Shown: positions 27,001 to 34,598 of the stretch, piece after piece | Layout of the letters: every line of letters starts with the position of its first letter | Numbering within the stretch: the stretch's first letter is position 1 | Source: a virus | Length of the DNA stretch: 38,370 nt | Reading direction: 5' to 3' (one strand) | Virus record (IMG/VR): IMGVR_UViG_3300048599_000037 | Coordinates: 1 to 38,370 of that record | The notes under the pieces: generated by a model | Told to the model about the DNA's origin: nothing | Database searches by the model: none | Seen by the model: only the letters and a program-made list of their open reading frames with translations | Position numbers and translations under genes: made by a program

Positions 27001-29896
27001 TCCAAACTTCATAAATCTAATCGGAGCAGACGGTAAAGTTTACTCCGGCCCAGTCGATCAAGCTAATGAACTCGTAAAATCTGGCGAGTTTAGATTTATG
27101 GAGCCAAGCGAAGCTGAAAATCTTTCGATGAAAGACTTCGCTTCAACACCGGGCGAGCAAATTAAAAACGTTGCCTCTAATTATTTATCAACTTCAAGCT
27201 TTGGAGCGACAGATCTCGCTGCGCGCGCAATGCTTCCAGATGATGAATTAAAATATGAACAAGTAAGACGCGAAGAAAATCCATTAGGAACAATTGCCGG
27301 AACTGGTTTAGGCGTTGTTATTGATCCTTTATCTGGTCTTGGCTTAGTCGGTAAAAGCGTTGGACGCTTAACAAAAGCCGCAGGCATAGAGAAGCTAGGC
27401 GACAGTGTTATTCGTGGATCTGAAGCGGTTATGGGAGCTTCTAAGTATGCTCCAACTCGCGTTGTTGAAGAAGGTGCAGAAGCTTTAGGTAAAATGGTTG
27501 ACCCGCTTGGCGGAATGATGGCTTCTAGCATTGCAAAAGAAGCAACAAGCCCTATCACGCATCAAGTGCTTTCAAAAATCCCAGGTCGCGCTATTCGTGG
27601 ATCTACAATCGGCGGAGCTTTTGCTGCTGGTCAGTCTATTTCAGAGCAATCACTTGGCGATATGGATCTTAACGGCGAAAGAGTTTTTGCTGATGGTATG
27701 AATGGCGCAATGCTAGGTCTTGTTTTTGATACTTCTCTTGGAGCATTAGGTGACGCCGCAGTAGGTGGAACTAAAAAACTTTATGGCGCATTAAAAAATA
27801 ATGATGCTCTTGCAAATGCTTATTCTAGAATTATTTCTAAATTTAATTCTGCCGATGAAGCTACTATTAAAGCAACAATCAATGCTGAACGCGAAGCTCA
27901 GGCTGTTTTAAATTCAGCTGAGAAAGACATTGGCGCTCTTCAAAGATTAGAATCAGAATTGAACATGGTATTTGGTGATGGTTCTAACGGAACACAAGCT
28001 GAACTAGGTAAAAAAGTTACTGATGGTTTTGCTGCTCAATACAAATTCGTTAATGATCTTTATGAAACAAAGTTTAAACCACTTCGTGAAACTTACGGGC
28101 AAACTCCATTAAACAAAATATTTGGCGACAACATCCTTGGAGCCTTAGAAAAAAAGTTATACGGATCTAAGCTTTATAATTCAATAGAAGATATGCTTCC
28201 GACAAATTCTACGGCGAGACAGGTTTTTAGAGATTTCAAAGAAGATTTCTTAAGACTAAATTCAGCTGATGACATTTGGACTTTAAAACAATCAATAAAT
28301 TCAACTTTGAGCGGTCGTGCAGCTTCTGGGTTTTATAAAGACACTCTTTTAAATCGTGAAATGGGAATCATTGCTGATGCTATGAATACAGCTCAGGATG
28401 ACGCTTTAATGTATGCAGCTCGCGCCACTGGCAATAAGTACGAAATTAAAGCCGCTGAAGATGCAGCAAATGCTATTAAATTCGAGCGTGAATCTTATGG
28501 AAAAGATAAACAGAAATTAAGAACACTAGCTGAATCTCTTGGAATGAAGAACCCAAATTCATTTAGAGCTTTCGTTGAAAAACTAAAAGACATGGAAGGT
28601 AATGTCTTAGTTGAGAAAATGTTTAAGGCTCGCAATAACGTCGAAGGCCTTAAGTTTTTACAAACAAATTACCCAGATCAATTTGCAAATTTAGCTAACG
28701 CCTTTAAAAATAAAATCGCAAATGAAGCTACCAAAGCCGGTAAATTTAACCCGGTTAAAGCTTTGGAATTAGTTTCTGATAAAAAGCTTGCCCCTGAAAC
28801 TAGAAAACTAATTTTCGGTGAAGCTGGCGATGATATGTTAAAAAATGCGGCCAAAGCTTTTCATGGTGAAACAGCTGAAAACTACGCGAGAAATCAAGCG
28901 CGTAAAGAAATGCTTTTACAAACTGAAGACGACAGCACATTCACACAAATGGGAGCCATTGCCGGATCTATTGGTGGAATCCCCGGCGCTGGTGCTGGTG
29001 CTGCCGTTGGTAAAGCCTTAGACACTATCACAGATAAAAACAAAGCTGCTCGCGCATTCTTAGGTTTTGAAAAGGCCTTTAAAGCATTTGACGAAAAGAT
29101 CGGTCAAAAGGCTGCGGCTATTTTCGATAAAAATCCAATCACAGCGCGTGATCTTGGAAAAGTTGCAACAAGTTCAAATGTAACTTCTGAGAGAATGACG
29201 AGAGAAAAACAGAAGAGAGAAAATTTTCATCCTTCTGAATTAAACCACGATCAAATGATTAAAAACTTGAGTGAGTGGTCTGAAAATCCAGATAAACTTG
29301 TCGAGCATCTATCTAATGAGCTGGGTGAAATGAATAATTTCGCACCTGGCATTTCTCAAGCTACTCAAGCCACAGCTTATAGAGCGCTGGATTTCTTAGG
29401 AGAAAAGCTTCCGGTTCAACCACCTAGAAAGCCTTTAGATAGTAATAATTTCGTAGTAAGCAAATCAGACGCATACAAGTTTTCTCGATACTACAATACT
29501 GTTGTGAATCCTACAGGTGTATTAAATGACGTTCGTGCTGGAACTTTAACAAACGATCACTTGGAAACTTTACTTCGCGTTTACCCGTCATTATATAAAT
29601 CAATGCAAGAAATTCTAATGATGGAAATGATTAAGTACGATCAGAAGAAAGACAAAGAAGCTCTTCCATCTTGGAAAAAACTTTCGATTTCTTATTTCTT
29701 AGAAAACAATTTAGCAGCTGGTTTAGAACAGAAAAACATTGGAGCTAATTTTAACAACTGGTTAAACCCTACAATGCTGTCTGGACAAGACGGAATGGGC
29801 ACACCGCAGTCACCATCAAAAGGAAATCAATCTGGCCGCAATGCGATTGCTGCGAGTTATTCAACGCCAACACAAAAATTAGAGAATGAAGTTTAA
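26990..29896 (+). CDS. Large internal core or ejection protein (gp16-like position)
   Basis: 968 aa, GTG start overlapping the upstream stop, last gene of the late operon. Helical composition. Confidence 0.55.
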   Translation: MPTSPNFINLIGADGKVYSGPVDQANELVKSGEFRFMEPSEAENLSMKDFASTPGEQIKNVASNYLSTSSFGATDLAARAMLPDDELKYEQVRREENPLGTIAGTGLGVVIDPLSGLGLVGKSVGRLTKAAGIEKLGDSVIRGSEAVMGASKYAPTRVVEEGAEALGKMVDPLGGMMASSIAKEATSPITHQVLSKIPGRAIRGSTIGGAFAAGQSISEQSLGDMDLNGERVFADGMNGAMLGLVFDTSLGALGDAAVGGTKKLYGALKNNDALANAYSRIISKFNSADEATIKATINAEREAQAVLNSAEKDIGALQRLESELNMVFGDGSNGTQAELGKKVTDGFAAQYKFVNDLYETKFKPLRETYGQTPLNKIFGDNILGALEKKLYGSKLYNSIEDMLPTNSTARQVFRDFKEDFLRLNSADDIWTLKQSINSTLSGRAASGFYKDTLLNREMGIIADAMNTAQDDALMYAARATGNKYEIKAAEDAANAIKFERESYGKDKQKLRTLAESLGMKNPNSFRAFVEKLKDMEGNVLVEKMFKARNNVEGLKFLQTNYPDQFANLANAFKNKIANEATKAGKFNPVKALELVSDKKLAPETRKLIFGEAGDDMLKNAAKAFHGETAENYARNQARKEMLLQTEDDSTFTQMGAIAGSIGGIPGAGAGAAVGKALDTITDKNKAARAFLGFEKAFKAFDEKIGQKAAAIFDKNPITARDLGKVATSSNVTSERMTREKQKRENFHPSELNHDQMIKNLSEWSENPDKLVEHLSNELGEMNNFAPGISQATQATAYRALDFLGEKLPVQPPRKPLDSNNFVVSKSDAYKFSRYYNTVVNPTGVLNDVRAGTLTNDHLETLLRVYPSLYKSMQEILMMEMIKYDQKKDKEALPSWKKLSISYFLENNLAAGLEQKNIGANFNNWLNPTMLSGQDGMGTPQSPSKGNQSGRNAIAASYSTPTQKLENEV

Positions 29897-29902
29897 AAGA
29901 AC

Positions 29903-29924
29903 CCCGGCAATATTTCATGCCGGG
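29903..29924 (-). terminator. GC-rich hairpin at the convergent junction, with its T-run on the minus strand
   Basis: cccggca-atatttca-tgccggg forms 7 bp. On the minus strand the stem is followed by TTCTTTT. On the plus strand an A-run precedes it and no T-run follows. Confidence 0.5.
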
Positions 29925-30064
29925 TGAAAAATGAATGCTAAGCTTCCGGCTTTACGGAAATCTCGGGTATGCCTCCCACGTTTTAACTTTGCAACGTCTC
30001 GCAAAGGTCCCTTTTAAACTAGCTTAACAAAATGACTCAAGTCACGCGATCAGGATTTGCTAAA

Positions 30065-30098
30065 TTTGCATATACTATGTTTGCATATAATATGTTTG
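30065..30098. repeat. 15-bp tandem repeat, 2.3 copies (TTTGCATATAMTATG)
   Basis: tttgcatatactatg / tttgcatataatatg / tttg, read directly. It lies in the 273-bp convergent intergenic region. Confidence 0.9.
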
Positions 30099-30132
30099 TC
30101 AGCTCAGCCTAATCGCGCTACTTCAATCAATC

Positions 30133-30162
30133 GCGCCTGAAAGGTTACTGGCAATCAGGCGC
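30133..30162. other. 8-bp GC-rich hairpin (gcgcctga ... tcaggcgc) with a 14-nt loop
   Basis: Perfect inverted repeat read directly. No T-run on either side, so it is not a canonical intrinsic terminator. Confidence 0.6.
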
Positions 30163-30169
30163 AATTAAA

Positions 30170-30469
30170 TTACTTCTTAGAAGATTTAGTTGTCTTTTTT
30201 GAAGATTTTTTAGTTTTTTTTGCTTTAGCAGCCATTTTAATGTCCTTTCTGATTAACTTATCGAACTGACCATGCATATCGACAGCTAATCTCAATTGAC
30301 CGATTCCGATCATTAAATTATTGAACTGATTCGGTGTTAATGTTTGTTGTAAAAATCCAAATTGCATAAAAATTTGCCGGACTTGGACCGCTCCGGCTGC
30401 GTTTAAGAAAGGATTGATAATGCTTCTACACACTATCACAGGCACCAAGCTTGCCTGCACGAAAATCAA
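30170..30469 (-). CDS. Small protein with a hydrophobic N-terminal part and a lysine-rich tail (holin or lysis-accessory candidate)
   Basis: The TTG start directly follows the hydrolase stop (TAATTG). Hydrophobic segments are present, and the C-terminus is AAKAKKTKKSSKKTTKSSKK. The start is uncertain (alternative ATG at 30367). Confidence 0.45.
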   Translation of the reverse strand: MIFVQASLVPVIVCRSIINPFLNAAGAVQVRQIFMQFGFLQQTLTPNQFNNLMIGIGQLRLAVDMHGQFDKLIRKDIKMAAKAKKTKKSSKKTTKSSKK

Positions 30470-31039
30470 TTATGCCTTATCAGGCCATACACAAAAAACT
30501 ACATCAGAAATTTTATATTTGGAAGTCATTGCTTGGTTTTGCTGATTCGCGCCGAAGCCATAAAACACTCCATTTTTTTCATCAATTGCTTCGCAGAAAG
30601 TAACATGAATGCCAGAAGCCGCTGCTGTTGAGCGTTTTCCTACTAAACATCCTAATTTCAATTTACAAAGCTGTCCGACTTTTCTGGCGTCAGCAGCCCA
30701 CAATGATTTAATATATTTCATTCCAGCACGCTTAAACATACACATAGCAAAAGCCATGCAGTTAGCTGTTTCATCATGCTGAACTTTCTTGTTTCCCATG
30801 ACTTCCCAGTACCATGACATGATCTCGGGATTGTCTTTGTTGCCGGGAATTTCCTTCTGACCTCTATGCTTTAAAGCTTCGCGTCCCCAAGCATAATCCT
30901 TCAGTGTTAAAATTATTAATTGGTCTTCAATAACTTTCGGTGGAATCACAGCAGGTGGCTTGTTAGAGCCATCCTGCGGATCTTTTTTAAAAAGATTTGT
31001 TAATGAGTTTAAAAGTGATTTAAAAAATTCTGCAAACAT
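30470..31039 (-). CDS. Peptidoglycan hydrolase, TIGR02594 / CHAP-NlpC-P60-like (endolysin candidate)
   Basis: EIPGNKDNPEIMSWY ... ETANCMAFAMCMF ... GIHVTF ... GFGANQQNQ matches the TIGR02594 family pattern with Cys and His catalytic residues. Confidence 0.7.
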   Translation of the reverse strand: MFAEFFKSLLNSLTNLFKKDPQDGSNKPPAVIPPKVIEDQLIILTLKDYAWGREALKHRGQKEIPGNKDNPEIMSWYWEVMGNKKVQHDETANCMAFAMCMFKRAGMKYIKSLWAADARKVGQLCKLKLGCLVGKRSTAAASGIHVTFCEAIDEKNGVFYGFGANQQNQAMTSKYKISDVVFCVWPDKA

Positions 31040-31108
31040 TCTGCGTTTTCCTTATTTGTTAAAATTATAAAATACAAGATTACCAAAAAGCAATGGGTGT
31101 AAATTGCT

Positions 31109-32026
31109 TTATTCATCCTTAAACTGCGCTGTCTTTGGTGGTGTATAGTTCATGTCTTGCAGCCATTGTTCTAAGATTCTAATTTCTTGTACATTGCCTT
31201 CATTTACTTTCTCATTTGACCACATTCTCTCAACGAATTTAAAAACTTCTTCTGTGCCAATGTCTTTTAACATTTTGTTTTTATTTAATCCGATAGTTAA
31301 AACGTGATCAGAGTAGTCTACTTTCTGATTGGCTAAAGCTGCAACTTCTGGAGAAAGATCAAATCCAGATCCATTCTCAGCAATGTCATCAGATTTAGTT
31401 GGAAGACCTTGCCATGGCGTGAAACTAGTTTTTTTAAGGGTAGGGGCGGCAGTAACTTCACGCTCTGGTTGTGGAATTTCTTCAGTCGCATAGATGCCTG
31501 ACATTTCATTGGGGAAAGCTTTTCTTAAAGCCAATGCTTCAGCAACTTTCGCAATCATTAAAGCAGGCATTTTTTTCCACATATGGCCAAGATCACCAGC
31601 TTTATACTTTCCATATTTGTCATCGTACTGTTGTTTCTGAGCATATTCATCAAACATGGCCGTAGCTACTAAAGGCTCACGGAATCCTTTTTTGTAAACT
31701 CCAACACGGGCAGCTTTCGGAGTACCTTCTTTAATCCAAACGTCAGACCAATTTCCTTCTTTGTCGCACCACTCAGCTTTTGTTTGGCCTTCGTAAGCTC
31801 CTGAGCGTTCTGCGATTAAGCGAAGGCCATCAATAGACGCCATGATGTTAATTTTACCTTGGCCCGCTGGGATTGCGTAAATTTGCTTTGTGATCGGATC
31901 TAAGCCAGTACGAGCACACTGAATCAGAAAGAAATCTAAATCCGCCCCAACAAGTTTAAATTGGTTCTGGATTACTTGCGCATTCTTGTGAAGGTACTGT
32001 TCTGTTACTGCGATTTCGTTTTTCAT
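31109..32026 (-). CDS. recT: RecT-family single-strand annealing recombinase with a ~120-aa C-terminal extension
   Basis: GLDPITKQIYAIP...IMASIDGLRLIAERSGAYEG...VGVYKKGF...MWKKMPALMIAKVAEALALRKAFP is the RecT core. I prefer the start at ATG 32026 (MKNEIAV, SD AAGGAAA) to 32065. Confidence 0.85.
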   Translation of the reverse strand: MKNEIAVTEQYLHKNAQVIQNQFKLVGADLDFFLIQCARTGLDPITKQIYAIPAGQGKINIMASIDGLRLIAERSGAYEGQTKAEWCDKEGNWSDVWIKEGTPKAARVGVYKKGFREPLVATAMFDEYAQKQQYDDKYGKYKAGDLGHMWKKMPALMIAKVAEALALRKAFPNEMSGIYATEEIPQPEREVTAAPTLKKTSFTPWQGLPTKSDDIAENGSGFDLSPEVAALANQKVDYSDHVLTIGLNKNKMLKDIGTEEVFKFVERMWSNEKVNEGNVQEIRILEQWLQDMNYTPPKTAQFKDE

Positions 32027-32183
32027 TTTTACGTTTTCCTTTTCTTTTTTCTTTTTCAGTTGCAACGGCCAATCTTAGGGCATCATTGCAAGTTTTAGAT
32101 TTATCAATTTTATAAGTTTTGCATTCATCAAGTAAGTCATTTCTGGCTCTGATTGTGAATGGCCTGCTTTTGTTAGTAGCCAT
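31956..32183 (-). CDS. Ribbon-helix-helix (Arc/CopG-like) DNA-binding protein
   Basis: SD AGGAG before ATG 32183. RPFTIRARNDLLDECKTY...CNDALRLAV fits a beta-strand plus two helices. The basic tail overlaps the recT start through an A/G-rich tract. Confidence 0.55.
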   Translation of the reverse strand: MATNKSRPFTIRARNDLLDECKTYKIDKSKTCNDALRLAVATEKEKRKGKRKNEKRNRSNRTVPSQECASNPEPI

Positions 32184-32194
32184 CTATTTCTCCT

Positions 32195-32335
32195 TTATAT
32201 ACATTCGTCTATCGAACAAATATCTAGCTCTGTCTGTACATTCTGAGCCGGATATTTGTCACGTTTAAACTTCATGATAAAGACCGCATAAACCGCAACG
32301 TATATTAACATTATCAAGATTGCTTTTTTCATCAT
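32195..32335 (-). CDS. Unlisted 46-aa single-pass membrane micro-ORF
   Basis: MMKKAILIMLIYVAVYAVFIMKFKRDKYPAQNVQTELDICSIDECI, translated by hand. Below the 60-aa cutoff of the track. It overlaps the next micro-ORF. Confidence 0.35.
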   Translation of the reverse strand: MMKKAILIMLIYVAVYAVFIMKFKRDKYPAQNVQTELDICSIDECI

Positions 32336-32408
32336 GTCGTTCCGCCATTTTTTCTAATTCTTCTTCAAATAATTCAGGAGTTTCAATTGGTTCAAAATCA
32401 CTTGTCAT
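32265..32408 (-). CDS. Unlisted 47-aa acidic micro-ORF
   Basis: MTSDFEPIETPELFEEELEKMAERHDEKSNLDNVNIRCGLCGLYHEV. Its ATG lies within the stop region of 32398..32628 (ATGACAAGTGA coupling). Confidence 0.35.
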   Translation of the reverse strand: MTSDFEPIETPELFEEELEKMAERHDEKSNLDNVNIRCGLCGLYHEV

Positions 32409-32628
32409 TTGGGACTCTCACATCCATCAAGTGACTCGCTGCTATTTTTGCTTTCTGAAAACCCAATGCGTAAATGCTTTCATAAAACTTACGCTCTGAT
32501 TCAGTTTTTGAAGCGAGGATTAAGTTTAATTCCCTAACCCCTTCTTCTTCTTGTTGTGCGAAAGCTTTTTCAAGGCTTGTTACGAAAATTTCAATTTGTT
32601 TGCTAGTCATTTTCAGCCACTCTTTCAT
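32398..32628 (-). CDS. Hypothetical early protein
   Basis: Packed in the operon. Helical. No motif recognised. Confidence 0.55.
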   Translation of the reverse strand: MKEWLKMTSKQIEIFVTSLEKAFAQQEEEGVRELNLILASKTESERKFYESIYALGFQKAKIAASHLMDVRVPNDK

Positions 32629-32794
32629 GGTTAGATTCTAATTCAGCCGCTGCATCAAATTCTAACTCAGCGATTTGACCTTCAACATATTCAAGATCAA
32701 GTTTAAGATCGTGTCTTTCGTCAGCTGTTAAAGGGCTTTGAAGTTGCATTCTGATTGATTCTTCTTTGTTTTTTAGTTGTTCAAGTGTTCTCAT
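32603..32794 (-). CDS. Hypothetical acidic early protein
   Basis: Packed in the operon. No motif recognised. Confidence 0.5.
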   Translation of the reverse strand: MRTLEQLKNKEESIRMQLQSPLTADERHDLKLDLEYVEGQIAELEFDAAAELESNHERVAEND

Positions 32795-32803
32795 TTATAA
32801 CTC

Positions 32804-33082
32804 CTAGTATAGAGAAGCTGCGAATTGTTCAGCTGTATCAAAAGATTTGTTCATTCCGTTTTCTTCTAAGTAAGATTGCATCATTTCTTCAGCTTCAGCA
32901 TTTACTTTGGTCCAAGCTGCACCAGATAAAGTTAACCAACAAAACCATGAATCAACTGCTGGGATATAAACAGCGCAATCTAAAACTTCATTGCCATGTT
33001 TATCAGATAGGATTGTGATCTCCATAGTTTGCTCTTCGTTTTGTCTTCCTTTTAATTCGTTATTCATTACTTTGATTTTCAT
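32804..33082 (-). CDS. Hypothetical early protein
   Basis: First gene downstream of the promoter-operator cassette at 33127-33190. Confidence 0.55.
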   Translation of the reverse strand: MKIKVMNNELKGRQNEEQTMEITILSDKHGNEVLDCAVYIPAVDSWFCWLTLSGAAWTKVNAEAEEMMQSYLEENGMNKSFDTAEQFAASLY

Positions 33083-33126
33083 CTTTCATCCTTTTGTTTA
33101 GCGTTTCTTAATCCGCTTTGTTAAAT

Positions 33127-33190
33127 ACAGTTCTAATCCAATTGTAATACACCATCAACATATATTTTAATTGTATTACACCGCGTTAAT
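33127..33190 (-). promoter_or_regulatory. Leftward promoter-operator cassette with two TGTA-W-TACA sites
   Basis: Sites at 33143-33151 (tgtaataca) and 33172-33180 (tgtattaca). The minus strand reads AATTAAAATA-TATGTTGAT-GGTGTATTACA-ATTGGATTAGAAC, with possible -35 TTGATG, a 17-nt spacer and TAGAAC. About 27 of 32 positions are shared with 35220-35251. Confidence 0.5.
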
Positions 33191-33661
33191 TTTATGTTTA
33201 ATTCTATCCAAAATCGTCATTATTAAATCAACTTGAGCATCTGTTTTTATTTTACACTTAGACATTTTTCTAAGTAAGTGGTGATATTTGGCGTGTTTTT
33301 TCGCCAAAATAGCAGCTTTATCATATTTTGAAATTTTTTCTTTTATTGAATTAAATTTAGAAATATCAAGATGTTTAACTTCTTGAGGTAATATAGGATT
33401 GAGATTTATTTTACTCATTATTATGTCGTGAGCAGATTTAAAAGAACTTCCCGTCGGTATATATAAACCCCCTTTGCCACGTCCTAGAACTAAACCAGTA
33501 TTTTTATATTCTTTTGCTCTTCTTTTAAGAGATTGCAAACTAAGAGCAGGGTCCATATTGGGCTTATCAATGGACTTCTCTTTATATTTTAAAGAACTGC
33601 AATTTTTGCCTTTTTCAGGTATATGTGCCACCAAAAAGCTTGGAGTTATTCCTTTTTTCAT
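33176..33661 (-). CDS. Hypothetical protein, AT-rich compositional outlier
   Basis: 161 aa, K-rich. A hand count gives about 30% GC over 33181-33660 against about 40% elsewhere. No motif recognised. Confidence 0.55.
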   Translation of the reverse strand: MKKGITPSFLVAHIPEKGKNCSSLKYKEKSIDKPNMDPALSLQSLKRRAKEYKNTGLVLGRGKGGLYIPTGSSFKSAHDIIMSKINLNPILPQEVKHLDISKFNSIKEKISKYDKAAILAKKHAKYHHLLRKMSKCKIKTDAQVDLIMTILDRIKHKINAV

Positions 33662-33960
33662 TTATTTAACCCCATTGGCAAATTTGAATCGACCTGGACT
33701 ATTTTGTCCTCAAAATCTTCTCTGTAGGCTATCATGCTTTCTTCTTTCAAAGCCTTCTTCCTGTAGTACCCGGCAAGACATCTCTCAGCCTGACGCTTTC
33801 TAGAGGCCTCAGCTTGTTCAGCTGTCATCCTTCTAGAATCCCCGTAGCATTGTGGATTGCAGTAGAAGTTTTTATGTCCTCGCTTCTGTGCAGTCTTGTG
33901 ATCGCTCTGTGAAATCTCTTTATCAGCTTTGCAATGAAAGCATTGGACTATTATTTTCAT
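33658..33960 (-). CDS. Zinc-ribbon protein
   Basis: CFHC ... CNPQC gives four Cys in a CxxC...CxxxC arrangement. Basic C-terminal half. Confidence 0.55.
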   Translation of the reverse strand: MKIIVQCFHCKADKEISQSDHKTAQKRGHKNFYCNPQCYGDSRRMTAEQAEASRKRQAERCLAGYYRKKALKEESMIAYREDFEDKIVQVDSNLPMGLNK

Positions 33961-34172
33961 TTTACATCCTCATAAGGCCACTTTGATTTAGGCAGTAAAA
34001 ACTTAAACATATCTATATCGCCTTCGCACTTTTTCAATGCAAACATTACATCATCCAACTTTACTAGCTCCGTGGTATCTTGATCGTCGCAGAGCATAGT
34101 TCCTTTATTGTCAGTGTAAATTTTGTATTGATCTTCAGTTCCATCAACTAAGATTGGTGTCCAGATTTTCAT
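33957..34172 (-). CDS. Hypothetical acidic early protein
   Basis: 4-nt overlaps on both sides. Confidence 0.55.
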   Translation of the reverse strand: MKIWTPILVDGTEDQYKIYTDNKGTMLCDDQDTTELVKLDDVMFALKKCEGDIDMFKFLLPKSKWPYEDVK

Positions 34173-34414
34173 TTATCACCACGGATCTTTTCTAGGGCTT
34201 GGTCTGCAATAGCTGCAAATGAGTTTCTTGTGTATTCTGTTTTTGAAATAGCTTTATTCCCTATTTCGTCCAAAGCTTCTTCAGCGATTTTAAGCTTCTC
34301 GGTTAGCGATTGGATTCGCTCATTCTGCTTAAGATACCCAGCTGAAGATTCTAACTTTCTATTTTTTTCATCAATCTCAGCAATCTTCTTTTTCAATTCT
34401 TCAATAAATGACAT
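34169..34414 (-). CDS. Hypothetical coiled-coil early protein
   Basis: Heptad-like E/K/L composition. Packed in the operon. Confidence 0.55.
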   Translation of the reverse strand: MSFIEELKKKIAEIDEKNRKLESSAGYLKQNERIQSLTEKLKIAEEALDEIGNKAISKTEYTRNSFAAIADQALEKIRGDK

Positions 34415-34415
34415 T

Positions 34416-34598
34416 TTAAAATCCTAACTCCTTAGTGGCAAATGGGACAAAAACAGAAGATAGAATATTTGATGATTTGTCATAACTTCTGTAAATCCAG
34501 CCATGAGGCACTCTCATCACCGTGGTGAATAAACTGCAATCATCTACCACTGTAGTTTCGTGCATCTCTAATTTATAAATATCTTTTTTTGTTAACAT
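34416..34598 (-). CDS. Hypothetical small early protein
   Basis: The motif MRVPHGWIYRS resembles a recurrent small phage-protein motif of unknown function. Confidence 0.5.
   Translation of the reverse strand: MLTKKDIYKLEMHETTVVDDCSLFTTVMRVPHGWIYRSYDKSSNILSSVFVPFATKELGF

Noticed and set aside
27181-27558. 125-aa antisense ORF inside the 968-aa internal core gene, and similar nested or antisense ORFs (e.g. 1272..1523, 6636..6917, 7535..7870, 13785..14084, 25559..25885, 33474..33803)
   Set aside because: Each lies wholly inside a longer ORF that has operon-consistent spacing. They lack SD sequences and have low-complexity or atypical composition, so I treat them as frame shadows.
29935-30030. 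Possible tRNA-like cloverleaf (taagct...agctta closing pair with internal hairpins); also 35371..35417
   Set aside because: No T-loop (GTTCRANYC) or D-loop consensus is present. The candidate anticodon loop lacks U33. The arm lengths do not fit a cloverleaf, and the second element is only 47 nt.
31956-32183. RHH protein as evidence of a lysogeny or toxin-antitoxin module
   Set aside because: No integrase, excisionase, CI-like repressor, partition genes or adjacent toxin-like ORF is present (the next gene is recT). One small RHH gene is not enough to call a temperate lifestyle or a TA pair.
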